From assembly GCA_964016885.1 (NCBI GenBank), contig OZ024742.1, positions 239,630,001 through 239,694,000 on the forward strand: a stretch of 64,000 nucleotides of DNA, written 5' to 3'. Shown piece after piece: positions 50,676-64,000 of the stretch (positions are counted from its first letter, which is position 1; each line of letters begins with the position of its first letter). Source of the DNA: Eledone cirrhosa (Eukaryota). The notes beneath the pieces were generated by a model. That model searched no databases, was not told where the DNA came from, and saw nothing but the letters and a program-made list of their open reading frames with translations. A program made the translations under genes and the position numbers.

Positions 50676-52302
50676 TTTGTGTACATGTGAGTGAATGAGC
50701 TTTATATTATAACGAACTGCAACAATTAACATTTTAACAAGACTTTGATTAAAATTGCACATCATACATATACATATATATATATATATATTCGAAATTG
50801 TAGTTGCCACAATGTGGATACATAAATTAATAATTGATGACTAAATAATAATGGAATAAATTGGGTAAAGTATCCTAGGAGATGGAAAAAAGGGGACAGA
50901 CAACTTGAAGGGAATCAAACTTCCTATTTATCATTTGTCGTGCAATTTATGTTCAACCATTAATAATGGCTTAAAAGAGATGCATGATTTGATTTTTTGC
51001 AAGCATCTTTGTCCGCTTTTTCCATCGCCAGGGATACTTTACATGACTTATTCAACTATAATCTAGCTAATAACTATTATTATTATAGCTATTTGCATTG
51101 TGGCAACTATATTTTCAAATTTCCCAAATGCTTCGGAAGTTAAACAAATATATATATATTATATATATATTTTTGGTTTTTCAGAAAGCCATGTCAAACT
51201 TCAACAATAACAATTCTAACATTAAGAAGACACATCAATCACTGAAACATTTTGTTAATACAAGTCACTGAATTTTTAAAACCAGTTCTTAAAAAACAAA
51301 AAACAAAACTCTGAACTAACAAACTTGTTGCCTCAAATTAGCTATGTAAGTACTTGTGCATATATATATATATGCGTGTGTGTATTCAAGTTTAAAAGGG
51401 GTTGGTTGTGTTCAAACACACAGCCCTGGTTTACATATGTAATAGAAACAAAAGTATTTGCAAGCAATGTATAAGCACACACACATATATATACTTTTAC
51501 TGGTTTCAGTTATTAGACAGTGGCTATGCTTGGGTATCACTTTGATTTAATTGGTCATATCAACCCCAGTGCTTATTTTATTGATCCTTTTGTCAAACTG
51601 CTACGTTATTTGATATAAACACAGGCACAAACTGTATACAATGCTAGGACCGAGTGCAGAATCACATGGTTGTGAAACAAACTCCTGAATGACAGCCATG
51701 TATGTGCCTATGTATATAGATATTTATCTATCTATATGTATATAATATCTATCTACCTAGCTATCTATCTGATATACAGAGGCAGTTGTATTTCCATACG
51801 TGTGTGCATACATATATATATATATTCAGTGACGTCATATCTACACACCTACACATAGAGGCATATGTGTATGTGTGTAGTCCATATGTGTATAAATGTG
51901 TGTATTCACATTAATGAAAAAAGTAACCAACAAGATAAACAAAACAAAAAAAAAATTATTTCTTCAAATTCAAAACATACAAAATGACCAGCCACAGTTG
52001 GAAACTGGCAGTGACCAATAAAAAGATTTTGCTGTCTTATTACAGACCTTTCACCATTTTATTTAAGATCTTTCCCTTCCTGTGTGAAAAAATTCTGCAG
52101 GAAAATAAAGACAAACAAACAAATAAATAAGTTAAATAAATAAATATCTCAGCTGGACTTTGTGGCTGTGCCTCCCCACATTCATCATAGATTCAGGTTG
52201 TTCTATTCCTCTTACTTAGGGAAGGAAAGAGGGGGCCTCTAGGAAATCTCTCTTAAACAGCTTGCTAAGGATGTATATATGTGTGAACAGAGAGTATCTA
52301 TT

Positions 52303-52376
<74 letters not shown>

Positions 52377-53489
52377 AGTGTGTATGTAGCTGAGTTGTGG
52401 CAGTGAACTATGGTTAACCATCGAAGGTGAAAAATAAATTTTACAAGGAAATTCAGAAACAGAAACCCCCCAAAAAGAAAACCAAAAATAGGTGAAAAAA
52501 TGAGCCAGTGATGGCTTTACAGTGAGGGTGAGTTGACAGGGTTGTAGTCAGAGCCCCCACAAGATCTAAAGGGTCCCCAAATTAATTTTTTGGCTACCAT
52601 AAGTAATCCACTCCTGCATGGTGTCAAAATGAATAAAGTATAAATGAGATTTGATGAAAGCAAAGGTAACAAATTGGATGCGTAGAAAAATGGTCAAGAA
52701 ATTATTTGATCTCTTTTTATATGTTGATACTATCAATGTCAGCCTTTACTGGATAGTTTGTATTATTATTATCATCATCATTGCACACCCCGCCTCTCAC
52801 TGCATTATCGAGCAAAATGCAGTGAGCCTTGGGTATGTGCAGTGTTGTTTTTTCTATTGTATTGAAAGTACTTTTCATAATATGTGCACAGTGACTAGCA
52901 GTGCTATTTTCTGTATGTTGTATATATTTGTATCATTATCATCATTGTTGTTATTATTATTTTACTGCTTAGTCAAGGCAGTTAAGGACAGTGCCTGGTC
53001 ATGGCCATTTTCAGAGCCTGGAGAGAGGGGGGGGGGACAGACAGACAGAGAGGAAGGTATCGTCAAACAAGAAACCTAGCCTCCAAATTCTTAAAACAGA
53101 GTAAACTTTGCTAAGGGAACCAAGGACCATATGGTGGTGTTAAGCTGGGCGATGGATTAAGTCTACTCCTCAAGTAGACCACAATGGAATTTGAATTCAA
53201 AATATGAGCCACGATCCTGAAAGGATGAAAAGTAAAGTTGACCTCAGTGGGATTTAAACTCAATGTGCCATATGCAACTAAATCTGTAACATGACTGGTG
53301 GAGATTTAATTTCTCTGATTGCACCAAAATTTTTAATAAATATCCAGTAGTGAAGAGCCTTGTACTTTGTTAAAAAGAAAACAAAACAAAACAGTGACAT
53401 TTATCTCCCATATCACTGAATGGAGATTTCTTAAACTTGTTATAAATAATGATAAGCAAATAAAATTACATAACATTATAAAAATATAT

Positions 53490-53870
53490 AAAAAGAAAAG
53501 GAGCTGATCATCAGATTGAAACAAAGAGACAATGTTTCCATTAGTTTTTCTATTGCTGATACTATCTTCTAGTCCCAACTCCTGGCAGAAGAAAGAAGTT
53601 GATCATCAGATTACACCAAGGAAACAATGTTTCCACTAGTCTTTCCATAGCTGATACTATCTGCTAGTCACAACTCCTGACAGAAGAAAGGAGTTGATCA
53701 TCAGATTAGACCAAGGAAACCATGCTTCCATTGGTCTTTCCATTGCTGATATTATCTGCTAGTCACAACTCCTGACAGAAGAAAAGAGTTGATCATCAGA
53801 TCAAACCAAAGAAACAATATTTCCATTGGTTTCTCTATTGCCGATACTGTCACAACTCCTGGCAGAAGTA
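53490..53870. repeat. 95-bp tandem repeat x ~4
   Basis: GATCATCAGAT at 53506, 53601, 53696 and 53791; a single diverged relative at about 46880-46965. Confidence 0.9.
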
Positions 53871-56800
53871 AAAAGAATATTACTGAAAACTAATTTGATG
53901 ATATTGTGATGAGTGTATGATTATTGAATAGTGGTCTTTAACATGGAAGAGCCACCAAATGTAACACTTGGTGATCATTCATAAACTATGTAAGACAAGT
54001 TGTACTAGGCTTCATGGAATCATAATAGTTAGCTTTCTAGCCATGACTAGCCTAACTATTTAGGGCTGGTTGTCTTAGTATTTGTATGCATGGGCCTTTA
54101 ACACCTGATGGATTTGTAATGGTGCCATAGTGATATATCACATGTCTTCCTTCTGCAAGTCTGAGCACAGCCAATTTCTTCCAGAGATAGAGAGGTAGAG
54201 AGTAAAAAGCAACACCAGTACTAGACTGGTATTTTATATTTTGACCTCGAGAGGATGAAAGGCAAAGTTGACCTCAGCAGAATTTGAATTAAGAGCACAG
54301 ATAGCCAAAATGAATAATGCAAAGCATTTTGTCTAATGTTGTAATGACTCAGCCAATTGACTGCCTGTCTTGGTATTTAGGACTTATAAAACCTGTAATC
54401 CAAGTATCAAACACAACAAGGATGATGAACACATTAAATTAAGTGGTAATTATAAGCACTCCTAGGAGTTAATATTGCATGGAACAATGCAGTCAAATTT
54501 TGCTTCATGAAAGCTCACTTCTGAACATACATAATTGATGACTTAACCTTTTTGGTACCAAACTGCTTGAAACTGCCCTTGGTTCTGCTACAAAACTGTA
54601 AGAACTTTTGTTATGTTCAAACACCAACTTAATAATGAGAAAATTAATGATATTACTAAATCCTTCCAAATTCTTGATTATTTTCAAATTAGTTGAAAAT
54701 CATAGGCAGTCTTTCATTAGAAATATGGTAATGAAAGGGTTAAGGATGACAGGGGAGGACAAAAGAGATGGTAGTTTGTATGAATCCACCAAGTGAAGAA
54801 GCATTCAAATAGTAGTTTGTGTGATCTTTCCAAACAAAAGTATCTGAGTCGGTTTGAGCAATATTCAGTGATATGCAAAGCAGTTGGCAACATAAAATCA
54901 AGTAAGGGCAAATAAAAGAGTAGGTGAAAGGTTTATAAAAACTAAATAATGGAAGGTTTTAAAGAGCATGTAATAAGATTGAAATTTAACCCTTTTGATA
55001 CCAAACTGCCCTTTGTTCTATGAAACATCACTGTTTATCTTAAAGTTTATTAATCTAAAAATCTTCCAACATAATTTTATATGAGAACCTTTGTTATATT
55101 CCAGCTTAATAATAAGAAACTTATACTATTAAATCCCCTCAAATTTGTGATAATTTTCAAAATTATTGAAAAACTACAGGAAGAGCCTTTCATTGGAAAT
55201 ATGGTAATAAAAGGGTCAAGAGTTTGTTTTGCTTTTTACTAAGGTTTCTACAATACAGTTGAATAAATTTGAAGATATAACCCCCTAAGATGGAAAAAAA
55301 AGTGAATGCAATTCTATCCACTTTTTTCCATCTCAAGAGGTTACATCCTTGATTTATTCAATATATTATAATTAGTATGTGTTGTAGTAACTTTTGTAAA
55401 AAGGAAAATATATTCTTTAACTAAAAAATTATTCATCAGCCATTTCTTCTCAGAATATAGTAATCTTTTTTTAATCTTCTAGCAAATGAAAACAGAACTC
55501 GTGAAACTTTAGCCCGTATACTACCTGTAAATTTCTTAACATTTAATGATAATGTAAAATAAACAAATACATACATTTATAATCCTGTCTCTCACTCTAT
55601 ATAATATATCATATATATATATTTCTTAATAGCCCTCTATACTTAATGGAACATAACAATTATTCTAATTAACCCATGATACTAAATCACCAAACGCCAC
55701 CTCTGGTTCTATCATCAAACTGTTTATTTTAAAATGTTTATAAATATCTAAAAGCTCTCCATCATAATTTTGTCTAAGAACCTTTGTTAAGTTATGCTCC
55801 AGACACAAGATTAATAATCAGAAAGTTAGTTATATCACTAAATCTTTTTAAATTCTTAATCATTTTCAATATTATTTGAAAATGATAAGCAATGGCTTTC
55901 ATTACAAATATAGTAATGAAAGAAATAAAGGTTTTATATCTATCTAAAAATCTTCCATCATAGTTTTATATAAGAAGCTTAGTTATGTTTCAAACACTAG
56001 CTTAATAATGGGAAAGTTGGTTATATTACTATATCCCTTCAAATTCTGGATTATTTTCAAAATTATTCGAAAATTATAAGCAGTGTCTCTTATTAGAAAT
56101 ATGGCAATGAAAGGGTTAAATAAAACACTTATGCAATGATGTATATATAAGGTTATTTCTTTAACATGTTAGCTTTTCAAATCAATAGAGACACAAACAA
56201 TTTCTAACTGTAACCAAAGATAAGCATGAGAATGTATATAGTGGAATGGAAACGTCTGCCAATACCTATTTCCAAAGAATCAATCCACAATGAATAAAAT
56301 AAAGTAAATAACTCTAAGTGAATAAAACATTGGGTTGTTGTTGTTGTTACCTTCAAGTTGATCTTGGTTGTACAGATCTATGGTAAAAGGCATTCCAGTC
56401 ACAACCATCCCATCGTTTTATTGTGTACAGGAAATCTAGGGCTACACTACTCAATGTCTCCTTTTTTGAAATGATATGATGTGATGCAATTTGAAAGATA
56501 TTTGGCTATTATTTCTAGCAGACTGAGTAACCAGGGGATGTTGAAATGAAACATTTGCTATGATAACACTGTTTGTAAACCTAAACCCTCGATTACTGAT
56601 AATGAAAAACTTCAGAGATTAGCTTAGTACCCTTGTAGGAGAGCATATTATTAACTCAGTACTCTTGTAAAAGAGCATATCACCAACTTAGTACCCTCGT
56701 GGTAGATCACATACAAACACACACATACAGAAACTTTATATATACATATACACATATATATATACACACATACACACACACAGAATTCTTCTTTCTCTTA

Positions 56801-59800
56801 TCCTACAGTCAGTCTTTTTGCATGTACACAATTGTTACTGAGTCAGAGATATATCACCGCACTGAAGCTATACACTGTTGTTGTTATCAGCCAGCAAGGT
56901 ATGATGTAGGGGGGGAGGGGGAAGAAAGGCATAATATATACATATGCACACATACACACATAATCAGCAATTATAAACATGAAGGCCTGAGGAATACAGA
57001 ACAGATGGAGAGATATATTATCTCAAATAGAATAATCTGTTCAAGTATGAAACCAGATGATAGCCAACACAACATTGTGTAACATATACATATACACACA
57101 CACACATACGAAAGTTTAAAAAAAATCAAAAATCAATCAAAGTTGAAATGTAAACAAAAGTGAAATAAAATTCAGAAGATAAAAACACAAAAAAAAGAGA
57201 AAGAAATGAAAGTATCAGTAACAGTGTCCTTTGGGTAGGAAGAGGGTTGGATGCAGTGAAATATGTTGGATTTACAATGGAGAGAGACCTTTGGTCAATA
57301 AAAAAAACAAAAAATTATTGGAAACAGTTCTCCATGCAGAAACAACTCTTAAATAGTTTCTAGTTAGTAGTAGTAATAATAATGATAATAAAGTAATAAT
57401 GGTTTCTAATTTAGGCATGTGGCCAGCAGTCTGTTAGGAAGGGAAAGTCAATGAAACTACCCCCAGTACTAGACTGGTACATTATTTTATTGTAAGGCAA
57501 AGTTGACTTTGGTGAAATTTGAATTCAGAACACAATGAGATGGAACAAATACTTAATGCATTTTGACCAACACTCTAATGATTCTGCCAATCCATCGCCA
57601 TAATAATAATAATAAACATGATAATTCCAGTTGTTATAGCATCTTTAGGTTGGATACCATTAAAGCTGTGAAGGTATCTTGAACATATAGACCTTGTAAC
57701 ACAAGATTTGCTTTTCTACAAAAGACTGCCCCGTTGAGCACTGCACATAAATCAGAAAAGTGTTGTCTGTTTGAAGTCCCTGTAGAGATCTGACAGACAG
57801 CACATCCAGTAATTATATTTACTGTGTAAACCATCAATAATTAATAATAATGATCTCTAATTTAGGCACAAGGCCAGCAAATTTTTTTCGGAGGGGAGGG
57901 GGAGCTGATTATATTGACCCCAGTATTTAGGTGGTACTTTATTTTATCGCCCCTACCCCCACATCTGCTCCCCTGCTTCAAGGATGAAAGGCAAGATTTT
58001 AACTCAGGATGTAAAGGGCCATAACTAAATGCCACAAAACATTTTTATCCAATGCTCTAACAGTTCTGCCAATCCACTGTCCTTGATGATAATAATAATA
58101 TTAACAATATTTTTAGAAATTGGTTGTAATTAGTACAGTTTTATATTAAGACTACTATCATCGTTATTTAAAATTATTATTATCAAGAATAAAAATACAG
58201 GTGTTTCAAAAGATTTGTTTTTCTTCTGATACTCAAGTAGATATTTAAAAGAATCAATTACCTTGTAGAAGAGTCATTTTAGCCATTCATTAAAACACAA
58301 AACCTGTTAACATTACATTTACTTCTTGGTGTCAAAATGTTCGTCACACTGTTTGCAGCTTGGTCACTCACACAGTGCCATTGCAACTGTGTCAGTGACC
58401 TGGTCACAAACAGTATGAAGAATAGTTTAACTCCAAGAAATAAATGATAGATGTAAAGTGAAGTTAACAGTTTTTGTGTGTTCTTTTGAATTGCAAAAGT
58501 GAATCTTCTGCAATGTAATGGATTTAGTTTCAACACAGTCTCAGATCAAGTTACTTTCAAGAGAAGTACAACTCCAAAATTTAAAAGAATGGTTTTGATA
58601 AAATGTAGCTTTTTTTTTTTTTTTGTTCATTTTGTTTTGTTTTTCTTCTCCATTTTTGCTGTTGCTAGTCACATAAACCACATTTCTCTGGTAAAAAGGT
58701 ACACATAGCATAATGAAAGAGAAATAGGAGGAAGAGGAAACGGAGAGAATGAGTTAGTGGGTAGGAGGAAACAAAGTAAAGAGAAGGGAAGGGTAAATGT
58801 CTATATTTGTTGTTGGGATTCATTCAGTCTCCTCTTGGAATGTCCTTTGTTTATTATAAAGGAAGAGAGGTGGAAATTTCGAGGAAACAAAAAAAAGATG
58901 GTGGTGTAGTTGTCTGCTGTTATGTTTACTGGTGTAATAATGTAATTCTTAAGTGTCGGATTTCCAGATTGTTGTTGTTGATGTTAAACTGATTGGATTT
59001 TTATTGAAGTAATGTTTCAAATGTAATGCTCATTCTTTCTGTCATTTTGGGGTAAGAGGCTACTAAAAGGATTGGCACCAGGAAGGGCATCTGGCTATAA
59101 AACATTGCCTCAAACACGATTGACTCCATGATGGTTATGAAGCTTGTCATGGGGCCTGCAAGGCTAACAACCCTTGCTTTAGCAGAGAAGTTAGCCTTAA
59201 AACGCTTGTTGTAGTGTATTGTGTAGTGTTTCAAGTTTCAAATGTAATGTAATGGGTATTTTTTCTTCAATTTTGGGTGCTGAATGAATCTAGTTTTACA
59301 ATTTCTAACAGTGCATCATAATATACTTTCACAAGAGCTAAAAAACAACAAAGTCACATGATAGCAGTGACTAAACTAATACAGTAAAGTTAAGTCTAGA
59401 TTTTTTCAAAGAATTATTATTTTTTTTTTAAAGTTTTTAAAAGATGTCTAATAATACTTTTGTCATTATAAACTGGTGATCAGAATCTGCTAGGGTTCAA
59501 ATCCATTCAAAGATACACTATAATACACTATACATTCCCCCATTCCAATTCAAATTCAACTTTTTGAAAAGTCTTTTTTTTAAATATTATTATCATTAAT
59601 TATTATTTTGTTGTTTTTTTTTTCAGTTTTATTTTATGGAACAGTTGTGATAAAACCTTTTTTTTTTTTTTAATATATTCTCTCTCGTTATCACACAAAT
59701 TTGCAAATACTAGTTACACGGGCTTCTTACACAACGTGTAGAAGCAATGAGGCGATAATGACAGTGGGCTGCTAGTGTCAACACAGTTGACAAGGGGTTG

Positions 59801-60743
59801 CCCACTATTGACAGACAGACAGACAGACAGATAGAGAGACGGACAGCTATATGAGTATTTTGAATGCAAGAGATTTCTTTCAAAACGAATGAAATGAAGT
59901 GGAAAATTTAAAAAAAAAAATTTTTTTTTCTCCATTTAAATATGGACAACAACACATGCTGTCACGTACGATAGAGCATGCACACATCCACACAGACACT
60001 CATACAACCTCTTTCTGCACAGGCATAAATGCATGTATGTATAGATATGTATGTAAACACACAAACATGCATGAATGCTCAAGTGCATGGAGGTCATATT
60101 TCTTTATTTTATTTTTTTTTATTTTTTTTTTCCAATTTAAAAAATTTTTTAAATTTATTTATACAGTTGCTCATATAAGTACGTACATCCACAGCATATT
60201 CCACATTGCAATATAGAAAATGGGACAAATCAAAACTGCACTAGCTCAACTAGCGAAATGGATCACTTAGCAGACGGACCTTACTGCCTTGTCGGACCCT
60301 GGAATTAGTGATGTGGCACAACGGAAGGAGAGAAAAAAAAAAAGATGTTGGTATTTTTATTATTATTGTTGTTGTTGACTGCTTCCACAAATGAGAGAAG
60401 TTGTTGTTTTATCAGTCAAGTTTTGGAACAGTCCCAGCAATTTTGACTTGAAGCAGTGTTGGTTGGAGGGTGATATTGCCAGTTAGGCAACAATAGAGAG
60501 GGTTTTTATAGGCACTGCCCACATTTATTACCCACAGACTGACCATAAGTCAACTTGCTGTTGACAGCACAATAAAAAGTGGGTGCATGTTTTCTTTTTC
60601 ACCAACACGTAGGCCACCACCACCACCACATTGGACACAGCAGTTTCGGGTTGGAAAAAAGACAGTCTGTGACCCTACATGCAGATCGGCTACTGTCTAA
60701 AAACCTAGCATGAATAAACCATAATAAGTACACATAGATATGA

Positions 60744-61022
60744 TCAGTAGTTGCGCATATTTTCTGTGGTCCGGCGAGGCAGTGTCGAAGCATCTGGTCC
60801 TCGCCGACTCCGCTGGGGTGACTGTTGCTGTCCTGCAAATGATTCCCCTGTAGTAGTAGTTGTTGTTGTTGTAGTTGTTGATGTTGTTGTCGTAGTGGTG
60901 CTTGTTGATGCTGGTGTTGCCGACTCAACAGCTTCTTCTGTGGAACCTTCACGGCCTTTTGTATCCTTAGTTTTGAATTTTTTACGCCAAGATGGAGCAC
61001 GTCTGAATTTCCCACCTTCACC
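60744..61022 (-). CDS. PPFIA1: Liprin-alpha terminal coding exon
   Basis: Long polypyrimidine tract and CTAG acceptor at 61023-61024, then GEGGKFRRAPSWRKKFKTKDTKG...poly-Thr...ASTLPRRTTENMRNY*. FRRAPSWRKKF is the conserved post-SAM motif of liprin-alpha (human PPFIA1 FRRAPSWRKKFRPKD). This frame is not in the ORF track. Invertebrates have one gene, so the symbol denotes the family. Confidence 0.88.
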   Translation of the reverse strand, partial: GEGGKFRRAPSWRKKFKTKDTKGREGSTEEAVESATPASTSTTTTTTSTTTTTTTTTTGESFAGQQQSPQRSRRGPDASTLPRRTTENMRNY

Positions 61023-62022
61023 CTAGATTCAAGACAAAAGAATGGAAAAAAAAGGGGAAAAAAAAAAAGAAAAATATAAATTATTAATCAATATTTTAAA
61101 ACTGAGAGAAGTTCAAATGAAATCGATTCCTGTAAAATAGAGTTGAAGTGTTAAAAAGGACAGATATAGCAAACTAATTACTGTAGAGATGAGAATGACA
61201 TCAGCAACTGACATTACATTACTTAACCAGTTTGTTACTATATTTCTCACAAAAGTCACTTCTTATGATATTCAAATGATAAAGAATTTGAAGTTAGTTT
61301 AGTAATATAACTATATAGCTGGAGTTTGGAATATAACTTAACAAAGGTTCTTACATAAAATTATGATGGAAGGTTTTAAAATAAATATAAACACTTTAAA
61401 GTAAACAGTTTTACATTGTAGAACCAGGGGTGGTTTCAAACGGTTTGATGTCAAAAAGGTTAAACAAGAAAGAAACTGCATAACTAAGTGGACGAACCAG
61501 TTGTTGCAACTAATTTTTTTCAGATGAGTGGACTAGAGCAATGTGAATTAAAGTATCGTGCTCAAGGATTCAACATGCTGTCTAGCCAAGAAATTGAACT
61601 CATGACCTTATGATAATGAGCTTAACAATCTAATCACTAAGATACATATTGACCTTCACATTAGAAAATAATAAATAGAATACATTGTAACCCTTTTGAC
61701 ACTAACCCAATCAAAACCAGCTCCGGTTCTATGAAAAAAAAAACAAAAAAAAATACACTCATTTCCAAAGGTTTCTATTTAAATTAAAATCTTCCAACAT
61801 AATTTTAATAAATTTATCAAGATTTTTTCATTAATTAATTGAAATAGAGTATATTTTACAAAAGGAGCTCTATGTGAGGTTGTGAGGAATATGACAAAAC
61901 ACCTATAGCAAGGACTGCATCAAGAACTTTGACAATAACATAAGATTTCAAACTAACAGAGTATGTTAACACTATTGATGCCAAACTTCCTGAAACTACT
62001 CCTCGTTCTATGATACATAATT

Positions 62023-62360
62023 CATCATCATCATCATTTTACGTCCACTTTTCCCTGCTTGCAAGGGTGGGACGGGAACTGATTCTGGCTTGATTTCTAC
62101 AGGTGGATGCCTTTCCTAACACCAACCTCATTTACAGTGAGTGCTGGGTGCTTTTTTTTTTTGTGGCAGCTCCTTGACCACTTTGCAGTGGAATGATAGG
62201 GACTCCAGTCCCTATCATCTCATTTCTACAGCTGAGTAAACTGGAGCAATGTGAAATAAAGTGTCTTGCTCAAGGAAACAACACATCACCTGGTCTGAGA
62301 ATTGAACTCACAACCTTTCGATTGCAAGCCCAATGCTCTAACCACTAAGCCATGTGCCTT
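62023..62360 (-). mobile_element. CORE-like SINE with RTE tail, nested in a piggyBac-type MITE
   Basis: Same family as 17017-17410; MITE sequence lies on both sides (61965-62020, 62365-62533). Confidence 0.85.
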
Positions 62361-64000
62361 CAATTGTTTGTTTTAAAATGTTTATACTCATCTCAAAAAC
62401 CTTCCATGATAATTCAATGTAAGAACTTTTGTTAAGTTACGCTCCAAACACCAAATGAATAAGGAGAAAGTCAGTTATTTTACTAAACCCCACCAAATGC
62501 ATAGAAATTTGAAACATAGCAACGAAAGGATTAAAAGGAATAAAGACAGTCTCCTTCATAGAAACATAGAAAGAAAAAAGAAATTCCTAAAGAAAGCTTG
62601 TCTGCTGAATCAGGAATTAGATGGTAGGTAATAAAATTAACAGGAAATTTCCAACCAACAAGAGAAACTGACTGTCTTTTGTAAGTAACAGAAAGTTATT
62701 ACAATAACACCATTTATGTCTATTATCATTTTAGCAAGGCAGCATATTAGCAGATTTTTTAGGATGAAAAGCAAATTTGACCTTGGAAGGACTTGAACTC
62801 AGAGTGCAGAGAACCAGAACAAAATCTCTTGGCATTTGTTTTGGTTCATTGCATTCTGAGTTCAAGTCCCACCAAGGTCAAATTTGCTTTTCATCCTTTT
62901 GAGATTGATAAATAAATACCAGTCCAGTACTGGAAGAAATCGACTGGAGGAGGGAAGGGCTCCGCCAAGTTTAAAATCTTCAAGACATGCTGTGTCAGTA
63001 TGGTGCCACTAACTACAACTCCAGCAAGAGTTAAGGGTCACTTTTTCTTTTTTACCACTTTGGCACTTTTCATACCAAACCATCCAAAACTCCTGGTTTG
63101 ATGATGCAAAGCTGATATTTTGAAATGTTTATATTTATCTAAAAACCTACCATGAAATTTTATGTAAAACCCTTTGCTGGCTTATTAATAAAATCCTTTC
63201 AAAATCTTGATTATTTTCAAAATTATAAGTAGCTGACAAATTAAGTGAGGGTGGAGTATAGTCAATTATATTGATACTAATATTTGATAGGTGAGCATTC
63301 ATTAACTCTTGAATGAACTAAAGGTATATATTTTGTTTTTCATATTTGGCAAGAAACAAGGTCAATTCTTTTTTACCACTTAGTTAGAGAGGGAAGAGCA
63401 GTGCCTTTGATCTTTTGATGTTTTTTTTCCCCTCAGTGTCTCTGGGAAAAGTGGAAGGAAGTTATTCTCAAACTGAAGGGCTGGCACAAATGCTTGCAAC
63501 AGAGGAGATTCCAGTAAAAACATCATAACCAGGACCAGGTAGAGCTAAACCAGACAACAGATTAGGACGACTACACAAGAACTCAGAATACAAACAGCCG
63601 GAACAAATATTCCAAGACATTTCAGTCCCATCAAGGTCACAACAATCTCCCTAGAGCCCATGCCATGATGAAATGTACCCAGTACACTCTGTAAAGTGTA
63701 GGAACAGCCTGTGACTGAGAGCTTACTTGGTCTGTGACAACCCATTCAATGCTAACACAGAAAAAGAAGAAAATGACAACCCTGCCAATCCACCACTCTG
63801 GACTGGCACTACTTTTGGAGGGGGGAATAAACCCTAGCCTGTTACTGGTTTATAGAACCTGAAAGGATGAAAGTCAAAGTGAAATCTTGACAGGAATAAC
63901 AATTATAACAACTTAGTTATAAACAAAGAAATATGATAGAAAAAGAACAATCTAAAAAAAAAAGTTAAATACTTCGAAAACTAGATATGCTTACACATAC

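Noticed and set aside
60599-61026. ORF-track calls 60599..61021 (-, poly-Q) and 60751..61026 (+, poly-V)
   Set aside because: Wrong frame or strand; the liprin-alpha motif FRRAPSWRKKF is in the frame starting at 61022 after the splice acceptor.

Overview
AT-rich, repeat-dominated animal genomic DNA. The repeat families (RTE LINEs with (CAT)n tails, tRNA-derived SINEs sharing those tails, very long (TA)n tracts) suggest a cephalopod, probably an octopod; this is inference. The only confidently recognised host coding sequence is the terminal coding exon of liprin-alpha (PPFIA/syd-2) at 60744-61022 (-). Two weaker candidate exons of an unidentified minus-strand gene lie at 741-981 and 11506-11643. 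Mobile DNA includes a 5'-truncated RTE LINE with an uninterrupted ~970-codon EN-RT-PHD reading frame, older RTE pieces, a complete IR/DR Tc1 element, a decayed mariner, non-autonomous Helitrons (two in tandem), hAT and piggyBac-type MITEs, SINEs and Penelope (GIY-YIG) remnants. The most notable signal is RNA-structural. A 308-bp unit repeated about 3.7 times at 19247-20374 carries a minimal type I hammerhead ribozyme in every copy and is strongly self-complementary, which fits a non-LTR retrozyme predicted to yield a ~308-nt viroid-like circular RNA. About ten more hammerhead motifs (intact or degenerate) from several unrelated families are scattered through the window, mostly next to (TA)n tracts and sometimes in Penelope-style inverted ends. 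Several share an unusual U-U apposition at the base of helix II. All calls were made by eye without alignment or folding software.
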